A program made the position numbers and the translations under genes. Positions 39,832-46,936 of a DNA stretch of 64,000 nt are shown one piece after another (position 1 is the stretch's first letter; each line of letters starts with the position of its first letter). Source of the DNA: an uncultured bacterium (GTDB lineage Bacteria > Desulfobacterota > Binatia > HRBIN30 > CADEER01). The notes below the pieces were generated by a model. That model saw only the letters and a program-made list of their open reading frames with translations. It was not told where the DNA came from and made no database searches. The stretch spans positions 5,049 to 69,048 of the forward strand of contig CADEER010000012.1 of assembly GCA_902826395.1 (NCBI GenBank), in the 5' to 3' direction.

Positions 39832-39851
39832 TCATGAATATTGCGGGCTAG
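39832..39851 (+). promoter_or_regulatory. AT-rich palindromic motif tcatgaatattgcgggctag (copy 1), 11 nt upstream of the MoxR ATG
   Basis: 18/20 identical to 56711-56730. It contains the 10-bp perfect palindrome ATTCATGAAT (39830-39839). It is an AT-rich island in a ~70% GC context. Confidence 0.35.
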
Positions 39852-39861
39852 GGGTGTCCGG

Positions 39862-40743
39862 ATGACGACCAACGAAGACTTCCTGCGCTTTAAGGGCACC
39901 GACCGATACATCGCCTCCGGACCGCTCGTCGACGCGGTCAACTGCGCCATCGCGCTCGAGCGGCCGCTGCTGCTGAAGGGCGAGCCCGGCACCGGCAAGA
40001 CGGTGCTGGCACAGCACGTCGCGGCAGGGCTCGGCATGCCGATGCTGTCGTGGCACATCAAGTCGACTTCGAAGGCGGCCGACGGACTCTACATCTACGA
40101 CACGGTGCAGCGCCTCAACGACAGCCGCTTCGGCGGCGGCGACGTCGCCGACATCAACCACTACATCAAGCTCGGCCCGCTCGGACGCACGTTCGAAGCC
40201 GAGAATCGACACGTTCTGTTGATCGACGAGATCGACAAGGCCGACCTCGAGTTTCCGAACGACCTCCTGCGCGAGCTCGACGAGATGCGCTTCACGATCA
40301 CCGAGACCGGCCGCGAGGTCATGGCGCAACAGCGACCCGTCGTGTTGATCACCTCGAACAACGAGAAAGAATTGCCGGACGCCTTCCTGCGCCGCTGCGT
40401 GTTCTACTTCATCGAGTTCCCCAGCGTCGAGCTGATGCGACGCATCATCGCCGTGCACCATCCCAACCTCGACGCGGCGCTGCTCGACCAGGTGTTGATC
40501 AAGTTCTACTGGCTGCGCGAGCAGAACGAGCTGCGCAAGAAGCCGTCGACCTCGGAGCTCATCGACTGGATCAGCGCCCTCTTGCGCTCCGGCATCTCAC
40601 AGGAGCAGCTCGAGGCGCACATCCCGTTCATCGGAGCGCTGCTGAAGACCGAGCAGGACGTCGAAGCCCTCACCACATACAACAAGCGCGACGGCCGCTA
40701 CCCGACCAACTGGCAAGACCTCGGCCCGCGCTACAATCAGTGA
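39862..40743 (+). CDS. MoxR-family AAA+ ATPase (CoxD/CbbQ-like, ~293 aa)
   Basis: Start at ATG 39862 (MTTNEDFL). Walker A is LLKGEPGTGKT, Walker B is HVLLIDEIDKA, and sensor/Arg-finger motifs are present. The size and layout match CoxD-like partners of CoxE VWA proteins. Confidence 0.85.
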   Translation: MTTNEDFLRFKGTDRYIASGPLVDAVNCAIALERPLLLKGEPGTGKTVLAQHVAAGLGMPMLSWHIKSTSKAADGLYIYDTVQRLNDSRFGGGDVADINHYIKLGPLGRTFEAENRHVLLIDEIDKADLEFPNDLLRELDEMRFTITETGREVMAQQRPVVLITSNNEKELPDAFLRRCVFYFIEFPSVELMRRIIAVHHPNLDAALLDQVLIKFYWLREQNELRKKPSTSELIDWISALLRSGISQEQLEAHIPFIGALLKTEQDVEALTTYNKRDGRYPTNWQDLGPRYNQ

Positions 40744-41311
40744 TGCAGCAGCATTGAGGGCGGGAGATTGCCACATACGGCGCAAGCTCGAATAGGGCTC
40801 GGCTTGCTACCTCCGTCCCGGTAAACATTTGTCCTCGTCCGGGCCGACACACAGGCTGACTTCGCTTTGCCCGTCGGCGGTCGATGACGAGATTGTAGTA
40901 CATTGCAAGCCGTCCTCACACGGGTTGCACTCTTTCATCAGGCAGGCGAACGAGCAGCTCAGTTGACGTGCGGCTGCATCGCCGCACGTGGCGCGTATGC
41001 ACTCCGTCTGACAGACACGCATGCCGCGCTCATCCGCCTCGCATTTCTCGTGACACGTGTCGGTGCAAGCTCGGACTTCAGGTTGCGAGCAGTCGTCCTT
41101 CTCCATGCACTTCGCTTGGCATTCCTTCGCCTTCTGAGGGTCGCATGGTTGACACTCCGCAAGCTTAGTCGCTGGATTCTTACTCCAGCTCATCCCCGGT
41201 GAAATCAGTGTCGCGATCATTACGAGCACCGATCCACAACGATGCGTTCTGCCCGACCTTAACGCTGAAGTCATCGAGCGGAGTTGTGTACAGAATGTGG
41301 ACCGGAGGCAA
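40744..41311. other. ~0.57-kb lower-GC islet between the MoxR stop and a duplicated copy of the MoxR 3' end
   Basis: Visibly lower GC (~57% by eye) than the flanks. It carries the Cys-rich ORF on the minus strand. It is bounded by 40627-40743 (gene 3' end) and 41312-41365 (diverged duplicate). Confidence 0.4.
40807..41274 (-). CDS. Cysteine-rich (18 Cys) small secreted protein, unknown function
   Basis: The 155-aa ORF has a signal-peptide-like N-terminus (RCGSVLVMIATLISPG). The mature ~125 aa contain 18 Cys in repeated C-x(2-7)-C spacing (ECQPCDPQKAKECQAKCMEKDDC...CHEKCEADERGMRVCQTECIRATC...). There is no strong RBS and the start is uncertain. Codon composition differs from the neighbours. 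Confidence 0.5.
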   Translation of the reverse strand: MTSALRSGRTHRCGSVLVMIATLISPGMSWSKNPATKLAECQPCDPQKAKECQAKCMEKDDCSQPEVRACTDTCHEKCEADERGMRVCQTECIRATCGDAAARQLSCSFACLMKECNPCEDGLQCTTISSSTADGQSEVSLCVGPDEDKCLPGRR

Positions 41312-41365
41312 GCGAAGTGCCTTCATCGGAGCGCTGCTCGAGACTGAGCAGGACGGCCCGCGCTA
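41312..41365 (+). repeat. Diverged duplicate of the 3' end of the MoxR gene (direct repeat of 40627-40660 + 40724-40743)
   Basis: ttcatcggagcgctgctcgagactgagcaggacg|gcccgcgctacaatcagtag matches the gene end except for a 63-nt internal gap and a few substitutions. It is in frame, forming a 27-codon mini-ORF (ATG 41286, MWTGGKRSAFIGALLETEQDGPRYNQ*). Confidence 0.6.
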
Positions 41366-41390
41366 CAATCAGTAGCGCGGGCCGTAAAGG

Positions 41391-41798
41391 TCAATATGCC
41401 TGCGCCGCTCCGACGGCGGGCTGGAACAACACCTCGGCCAGGCGAAACTGTCGCGAGCGCCCGGACGGTACCGGCCAGGAGATGGATTGGCCGGTGCGCA
41501 AACCGAGCAAGGCCGCTCCGACGGGCGCGAGGACGGAGATCTTGTTCTCCGCGACATTTGCGTCGTGCGGATACACGAGTGTGATTTCCGTCTGGTCGCC
41601 TGTTTCCTCGTCGACGAACCGCACCACCGAGCCCATGGTGACGACATCGGACGTCACTTCACTCTCGTCGACGATCTCGGCGCGCTCGAGCTCGGCGGCG
41701 AGCGCCGCGACTTCGCCGCTGCGTCGCCGCTGCGCGAGCAAGCGCTCCAGGACGGCGTGATCGTTCTGGCAGATGGTGATCGGCGGAAGTGGCTTCAT
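41391..41798 (-). CDS. rnk: GreA/GreB-family protein, Rnk-like (regulator of nucleoside diphosphate kinase)
   Basis: The 135-aa product has a GreA/GreB C-terminal FKBP-like domain (VTMGSVVRFVDEETGDQTEITLVYPHDAN...SVLAPVGAALLGLRTGQSISW). Confidence 0.75.
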   Translation of the reverse strand: MKPLPPITICQNDHAVLERLLAQRRRSGEVAALAAELERAEIVDESEVTSDVVTMGSVVRFVDEETGDQTEITLVYPHDANVAENKISVLAPVGAALLGLRTGQSISWPVPSGRSRQFRLAEVLFQPAVGAAQAY

Positions 41799-41959
41799 GG
41801 CAGACTCCTACTGTGCTGCGAGGCGCGAGATCCACGCCCGGGTGCCGCAGGGCCAACACGGCGAGTGATGACTTCCATGAGTAACCGCCGATTCCGTTGC
41901 CGGCAATCTCCGGCGTTCCCACGTTCGTAGCCGGATCGGCCGCGCGGCAGCTCGCCGGT

Positions 41960-43258
41960 CTAGTCCGCCGAAGGCAGAGCGAGGCGGACGCTGAGGCCGC
42001 CGAGGTTGGCGCGCTCCAGCGTCAGGGCGCCGCCGTAGAGATCGGTCAGATCGGCGGCGATCGACAGGCCGAGGCCGGAACCGGGGGTCGTCGCGTCGAA
42101 GCGCGTGCCCCTTTCCAGGGAGCGCTTCGCCGCTTCGGGGCTCAGGCCGGGTCCGTCGTCGTCAATCTGTAGGTGGAGTTGTTGGCCAACGACATTCCCG
42201 CGCACCGAGACAGTCGCGGCGGCCCACTTACACGCATTGTCCATCAAGTTTCCGAGGATCTCTTCGAGATCCTGCTGCTCGCCGGCGAAGACGAGATCGC
42301 GAGGCATTGTGACATCGATCGAGAGGCCTCTTCCGGTGTGTAGTCGCAGCAAGGTTGGGCGCAACGCGTCCACGACGGCGCGGACGTCCGTGCGCGATCC
42401 CGGAATGCGTCGCGCGCCGGCGGCGGCAGCGCGTGTGAGGTGGTGATCCACCAGGCGTCTCATGATGCCCACCTGATCCTTGATCGCTCCGACTTGCGGG
42501 CTGCCGCCGGAAGCATCGGCGGCGATCACCGACAACGGGGTCTTCAGCGCGTGGGCGAGATCGCCGACGTGGCTTCGCGCTCGTTCGATCAGTTGCCGCT
42601 GGTGCTCGAGGACGTCGTTCATCGCGCCGACCAGCGGCTCGACCTCGCGGGGATACTCGTCGCGCAGCCGCTCGGCTCGCCCTGCGCGAACGTCCTGCAG
42701 CTCGTCGGCGAGGCGCTGCAGCGGACGCAATCCGTAGCCCACCTGGACGGCGATCGCGATGGCGAGGCCGACGCCGAAGATCGCCAGCGCAGAAAGCAGC
42801 AGTCGATCGAACGCATCGATCTCGCGCTGCAGCTCCTCCTGCGGTGCCGCCACGGCGACGCGGATGGCCTGTGCCCGCGACGGAAACTGCAGCGTGCGTT
42901 CTCTGAGGCGCAGCGCCTCGCCGCGCGGTCCCGAGATCGCACCGGTCTCCAGCAGGTGATCCCAGAGCGAACGCGAGCGCAGGTGGTGGTCTTCGTCGGA
43001 CACCTGCCAGTACCAACCCGAGTAGGGGCGCTCGAAGCGCGGCTCGGGAATCGGCCGCGTCATCGCCGCCGGTCCGCCGGGTGGCACGTCGAGGGCCGCA
43101 ATCACCGCAATCAACAGCGACTGCAGGCGGTCGTCGAATGCGTTCTCGACGGATCGGCGGAATGCGACGGATAAAACCAGGCCGGCGGCGGCAAGTGCCA
43201 GGATGGTCCACACCGCCGTGCCAGCGAGGAGGCGGGCGCGGAAGGAGCGCAGCCTCAT
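41960..43258 (-). CDS. Sensor histidine kinase (periplasmic sensor + HAMP + HisKA + HATPase_c)
   Basis: Start at ATG (complement 43256-43258), overlapping the response-regulator stop (ATGA). Two TM helices flank a ~150-aa periplasmic domain. The H-box is DLAHALKTPL, the N-box LGNLMDNACKWA, and the G-boxes DDGPGL / GSGLGLSI. Confidence 0.85.
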   Translation of the reverse strand: MRLRSFRARLLAGTAVWTILALAAAGLVLSVAFRRSVENAFDDRLQSLLIAVIAALDVPPGGPAAMTRPIPEPRFERPYSGWYWQVSDEDHHLRSRSLWDHLLETGAISGPRGEALRLRERTLQFPSRAQAIRVAVAAPQEELQREIDAFDRLLLSALAIFGVGLAIAIAVQVGYGLRPLQRLADELQDVRAGRAERLRDEYPREVEPLVGAMNDVLEHQRQLIERARSHVGDLAHALKTPLSVIAADASGGSPQVGAIKDQVGIMRRLVDHHLTRAAAAGARRIPGSRTDVRAVVDALRPTLLRLHTGRGLSIDVTMPRDLVFAGEQQDLEEILGNLMDNACKWAAATVSVRGNVVGQQLHLQIDDDGPGLSPEAAKRSLERGTRFDATTPGSGLGLSIAADLTDLYGGALTLERANLGGLSVRLALPSAD

Positions 43259-43920
43259 CGAGACTTCGAGCTCATGCGATAGCCCTGACCGCGTATGGTC
43301 TCGATCACGTCGACGGTGATCTTGCGCCGGATGCGACCGATCAGCACGTCGATGACGTTCGAGTCGCGATCGAAGTCGCGGTCGTAGACGTGGTCGATGA
43401 TGTCGAGGCGGCTGACGATGCGATCGCGGCGGTGCAGGAGATACTCGAGGATTCTCAGCTCGTGTGTGGTGAGCCGCACCGGCGCGCCGTCGACGGTGAC
43501 CGAGCCGCTGGTGGTGTCCAGTCGCAGAGGGCCGCACTCGATCGCCGCCGACGGCGCACCGGCGGCGCGGCGCATGAGCGCTCGCAAACGGACGATCACC
43601 TCCTGAACCTCGAACGGCTTGGTCACGTAGTCGTCAGCGCCCGCCGAGAAGGCAGCAAGCTTCTCGGGCCAGCGGCCGCGAGCGGTGAGGACGAGGACGG
43701 GCGTTTCGATTCCGGCGGAGCGCCAGCGTTGCAGCACCGACACCCCATCCATTCGCGGCAGACCGAGATCGAGGACGACCGCATCGTATGGCTCGATCTT
43801 GCCGAGGTGCAGCGCCTCTTCGCCGTCGGCGACTGGTTCGACGACGAACCCGGCATCCACCAGAGCCTCGCGAAGCCGCTGCGCGAGCGCGGCTTCGTCC
43901 TCGACCAGAAGGATTCTCAT
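43255..43920 (-). CDS. OmpR-family response regulator
   Basis: Start MRILLVEDE (complement 43918-43920). The receiver Asp is in AVVLDLGLP. The C-terminal winged helix is LTTHELRILEYLL...VIDVLIGRIRRKI. Confidence 0.9.
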   Translation of the reverse strand: MRILLVEDEAALAQRLREALVDAGFVVEPVADGEEALHLGKIEPYDAVVLDLGLPRMDGVSVLQRWRSAGIETPVLVLTARGRWPEKLAAFSAGADDYVTKPFEVQEVIVRLRALMRRAAGAPSAAIECGPLRLDTTSGSVTVDGAPVRLTTHELRILEYLLHRRDRIVSRLDIIDHVYDRDFDRDSNVIDVLIGRIRRKITVDVIETIRGQGYRMSSKSR

Positions 43921-44237
43921 TTCGCTTTGCGCGCCGCGTCGACTTTCTCGCCGGTCGTTTCGAGGCGCACCGTCTTGGCGTCGTACTCGAGCTCGAGCAC
44001 GCTCCCGCTGGTGAGCAGCTCGACTTCGTAGATCCATCGGCCGCCGTCGCGTTCCAACTCGACCTCGATGACCTCTCCCTCGAAGCTCGATTGGACTGCG
44101 TCGAGCACCTTCGTGAGAGCGACGATCTCGCCGGCCTCGTATGCTTTTCGAGCCTCGTCGTGATCCCCGTCGGCCAGGGTTGTGCCGACCAAGCCGACCA
44201 GGGGCAGGGTTGCCAGTATCACCCGTCGTATGCGCAT
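43917..44237 (-). CDS. PepSY domain secreted protein
   Basis: The 106-aa product has a signal peptide and a single PepSY fold (VIEVELERDGGRWIYEVELL). Its stop overlaps the RR start. Confidence 0.7.
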   Translation of the reverse strand: MRIRRVILATLPLVGLVGTTLADGDHDEARKAYEAGEIVALTKVLDAVQSSFEGEVIEVELERDGGRWIYEVELLTSGSVLELEYDAKTVRLETTGEKVDAARKAK

Positions 44238-44258
44238 CGCTTTTCTTTACTCGTTGCG

Positions 44259-44314
44259 ATTAAACGCCGAATGAACGAACGAGTCACGTTCGGTTCACGG
44301 ACGGGTATTAAACG
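44259..44314. promoter_or_regulatory. Divergent promoter/operator region between two PepSY genes: direct repeats ATTAAACG x2 flanking an imperfect palindrome
   Basis: ATTAAACG occurs at 44259-44266 and 44307-44314 (48-bp spacing). gaacgaacg-agtca-cgttcggttc (44273-44296) is an imperfect inverted repeat. The region is AT-rich relative to the window. A GGAGA RBS precedes ATG 44372. Confidence 0.35.
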
Positions 44315-44371
44315 TGTCTGCGAAATCGGCGCGATGGGCGCGCCGACACTACGGACACAAGGAGATCGCAG

Positions 44372-44656
44372 ATGAAGACGACGATGCACAAGATCCGTAC
44401 CCTCGGCCTGTTCGCCGCGGCGATGGGGCTGGCCGCGACACCTGTCCTCGCGGCAGATGTCACCGATGCGGCGAAAGCCGAGATGTCGCCGGCCGAGATC
44501 GTTCGCGCCGTCGAGGCAGCCGGCTACACCAACGTCCGCGACATCGAGTTCGACGACGGGCGCTGGGAAATGGAAGCGACGTCACCGGCCGGTGCGCCGG
44601 TCGATCTCGAGGTCGACGCCAAGACCGGCAAGGTCCTGCATGAGGAAGCCGACTGA
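44372..44656 (+). CDS. PepSY domain secreted protein
   Basis: The 94-aa product has a signal peptide (LGLFAAAMGLAATPVLA) and a PepSY fold (IEFDDGRWEMEATSPAGAPVDLEVDAKTGKVL). Confidence 0.7.
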   Translation: MKTTMHKIRTLGLFAAAMGLAATPVLAADVTDAAKAEMSPAEIVRAVEAAGYTNVRDIEFDDGRWEMEATSPAGAPVDLEVDAKTGKVLHEEAD

Positions 44657-44723
44657 ACAAAGCGATGGCTCGGGGGCGCCGCCCCCGGGCCATCGAAGGT
44701 CGCCGCCGGCGTCCGGTTCGCGT

Positions 44724-45674
44724 TCAATGGAGCGACGCGTCCGCCACGACGTGCGGTAAGTTCGAAGGTTCGGCGGTGCGCTCCGGACTCTGGGATGATC
44801 GCTCCAACGCCAGTCGGCGCAGCGGCGACGGCCCCTCGATCCAACGAATCAAGCTCGAGATCAGCTTCGCTGCCGGCGTCACGACGGCGCGATGCGCTAG
44901 CGTGGAATGCGCCAACCCGAGCTTGCGCTTGGCCCAACCCGGCAGGATGCCGATCGATGCCCGGATCAGCACCGACCGAGCGATCTGGTCTGCCGGTTCG
45001 GCGCTGGGGTCGTGCATGAGGAACTCGACCGTTTCGCGCGCCTGCTGGCCGGCGTCGAGCTCGGGTTGCATCGCGCGGTAGTAGGCGCGCACCTCGGCGA
45101 CCGATTGTGGCACCTGGGCGGCCCCCAGCCGCGCCGCGATCACCGACATCTCGGCGAGGTATCGATCGCAGTCGCGGTCGGACAGCGGCGCTCCGGAGTA
45201 GCGCTGGTAGCCGCGCAAGAACGACGCCGCCTCGGCGGTGTGGACCCAGGTGAGCAGCTTCGGATCGTTGGCCGAGTACGGCCGTCCATCGGGTGCCGAG
45301 CCGACTACCCGCTCGTGCACCTTGCGAACACCTCGAATGGCGCGCTCGGCCAGCGGCGTACCGCCGTAGGTCGTGACCGCGATGAAGCGCGCCGTCATCG
45401 CCAGCCGGTGCTTCGGATCCTCGCGAAAGTTGGAGTGGTCGGTGACGCCGGCCATGGCCAGCGGGTGGAGAGTTTGAATCAGCAGCGCTCCCACGCCGCC
45501 GATCAGCATACTCGGCAGGTCGGAGTGCACCTGCCACGTCACGCTGTCGGGACCGAAGAGGCCCGCGTCGCCGAGCGGCTGCGAATAATCATCGGGCTCG
45601 CGCACGCCTCCGTAGAGACTGCGTTCGAGCGACACATGTGCTTCGCGGCGGATGCTCTCCAGGCGGTCGCCCAT
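44724..45674 (-). CDS. MpaB/RubberOxygenase-family (DUF2236) oxygenase
   Basis: The true start is ATG (complement 45672-45674, MGDRLESIRREAH). The conserved GPDSVTWQVH...LLIQTLHPLAMAGV...HTAEAASFLRGY blocks are typical of DUF2236 ER-bound-oxygenase-like proteins. The upstream 270 codons of the ORF are spurious. Confidence 0.7.
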   Translation of the reverse strand: MGDRLESIRREAHVSLERSLYGGVREPDDYSQPLGDAGLFGPDSVTWQVHSDLPSMLIGGVGALLIQTLHPLAMAGVTDHSNFREDPKHRLAMTARFIAVTTYGGTPLAERAIRGVRKVHERVVGSAPDGRPYSANDPKLLTWVHTAEAASFLRGYQRYSGAPLSDRDCDRYLAEMSVIAARLGAAQVPQSVAEVRAYYRAMQPELDAGQQARETVEFLMHDPSAEPADQIARSVLIRASIGILPGWAKRKLGLAHSTLAHRAVVTPAAKLISSLIRWIEGPSPLRRLALERSSQSPERTAEPSNLPHVVADASLH

Positions 45675-45676
45675 TG

Positions 45677-46714
45677 CTACGCCAGGGGGTCGAAGGGGGC
45701 GTCGGCGTTCGAGGAGGTGTCTTCGTCGCTGCGGCGTCTGTCTTCGCGCCGGTCGGCGATCAGAGAGGCGGCAACTGTGATGGTGAGAATGACACTGATG
45801 ACGACCAGCGAAGTCCAGGTGGGCGGATGCCAGTGGAAGAAGTAGCCGGCCAGCATTTTCAAGCCTACGAAGGCGAGAATCAGGCCCAGGCCGTTGTTCA
45901 GATAGCGGAGCTTGTCCTGCATCCCGTTGAGCAGGAAGTAGAGAGAGCGCAGGCCGAGGATCGCGAAGGCGTTCGAGCTGAACACGATGAACGGCTCGTG
46001 TGACACGGCGAGGATCGCCGGAATGGAGTCGACGGCGAACACCACGTCGGTAGTCTCGACCATGATCAGCACGGCAAACAGCGGCGTCGCCATGCGCTTG
46101 CCGTCGCGCACGGTGAAGAGCTTCTGTCCGTCGTACACGCCGGTCGATGGGATGACCTTGCGCATCAGCCGCAGCACCGGGTTCTTTTCCGGGTGAACCT
46201 CGGCGTCGTCGTGGGTGGCGATCTTCCACGCCGAGTACAGCAGGATCACGCCGAAGATGGCCAGGGTCCAGTCGAAGGCCTCGATCATGGCAACGCCGGC
46301 GAAGATGAAGATGGCGCGCAGTACGAGTGCGCCGAAGATGCCCCAGAACAGGACTCGGAACTGATACTTCTTGGGCACGCCGAAGTAGCTGAAGATGACG
46401 GCCCAGACGAAGACGTTGTCGACCGACAGCGATTTCTCGATCAGGTAGCCGGCGATGTACTCCCCGGCGGCCTGGGTTCCCTGCCACCAGAACATGACTC
46501 CGGTGAAGGCCACTCCAATGGCGATCCAGATCGTCGACTCGATGGCCGCCTCGCGAAACGAGATTTCATGTGCGGTGCGATGCACCAGCAGCAGGTCGGC
46601 CACGAGCAGAATGGTGACGAAGGCCAGGAAAAGACCCCACTGCCAGGGGTGCACGTCGAAAGTGGCGAAGTTCGCCGCCCGACTCGAGGTCTCGGCGAGA
46701 GTGATGGCGTTCAT
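45677..46714 (-). CDS. TerC/Alx-family integral membrane protein
   Basis: The 345-aa product has ~9 TM helices. The TerC signature is LSVDNVFVWAVIF...FAVDSIPAILAVSHEPFIVFSSNAFAILGLRSLYF. Confidence 0.85.
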   Translation of the reverse strand: MNAITLAETSSRAANFATFDVHPWQWGLFLAFVTILLVADLLLVHRTAHEISFREAAIESTIWIAIGVAFTGVMFWWQGTQAAGEYIAGYLIEKSLSVDNVFVWAVIFSYFGVPKKYQFRVLFWGIFGALVLRAIFIFAGVAMIEAFDWTLAIFGVILLYSAWKIATHDDAEVHPEKNPVLRLMRKVIPSTGVYDGQKLFTVRDGKRMATPLFAVLIMVETTDVVFAVDSIPAILAVSHEPFIVFSSNAFAILGLRSLYFLLNGMQDKLRYLNNGLGLILAFVGLKMLAGYFFHWHPPTWTSLVVISVILTITVAASLIADRREDRRRSDEDTSSNADAPFDPLA

Positions 46715-46875
46715 GAGAGATGTTGCCTCCGGCTAGGAAAGTGATTTTTTCCAGCCTGAGTCTCTCCACCTCCGGGTGTCGAACACCAAGAGGCCTGCCG
46801 TCCCGGGTGACCATGCGGCCACCGTGCTGACGTCACGGCTGTTTCGGATACTCCCTCAGACGGGCGTCAACCTAG
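46715..46875 (-). ncRNA. Candidate yybP-ykoY (Mn2+) riboswitch-like 5' leader of the TerC gene
   Basis: A 160-nt untranslated leader precedes TerC. It contains GGGAGUA and UUGGUGUUCGACACCCGGAGG...GAGAGACUCAGG, reminiscent of conserved yybP-ykoY junction/loop elements. TerC/Alx genes are the canonical downstream genes of this riboswitch class. Not verified by a covariance model. Confidence 0.3.
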
Positions 46876-46936
46876 CGGAGCGGTCGATGAGAGCCAATAT
46901 CCCAGGGCGGATTCCAGGCAATGGGCGCGGGGGCCG

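Noticed and set aside
39829-39851. Interpreting the shared upstream 20-mer as a sigma-54 promoter
   Set aside because: The GG and GC dinucleotides are 15 nt apart, not the 12 nt (10-nt spacer) required by the -24/-12 consensus TGGCAC-N5-TTGCW. The second copy lacks the GG element.
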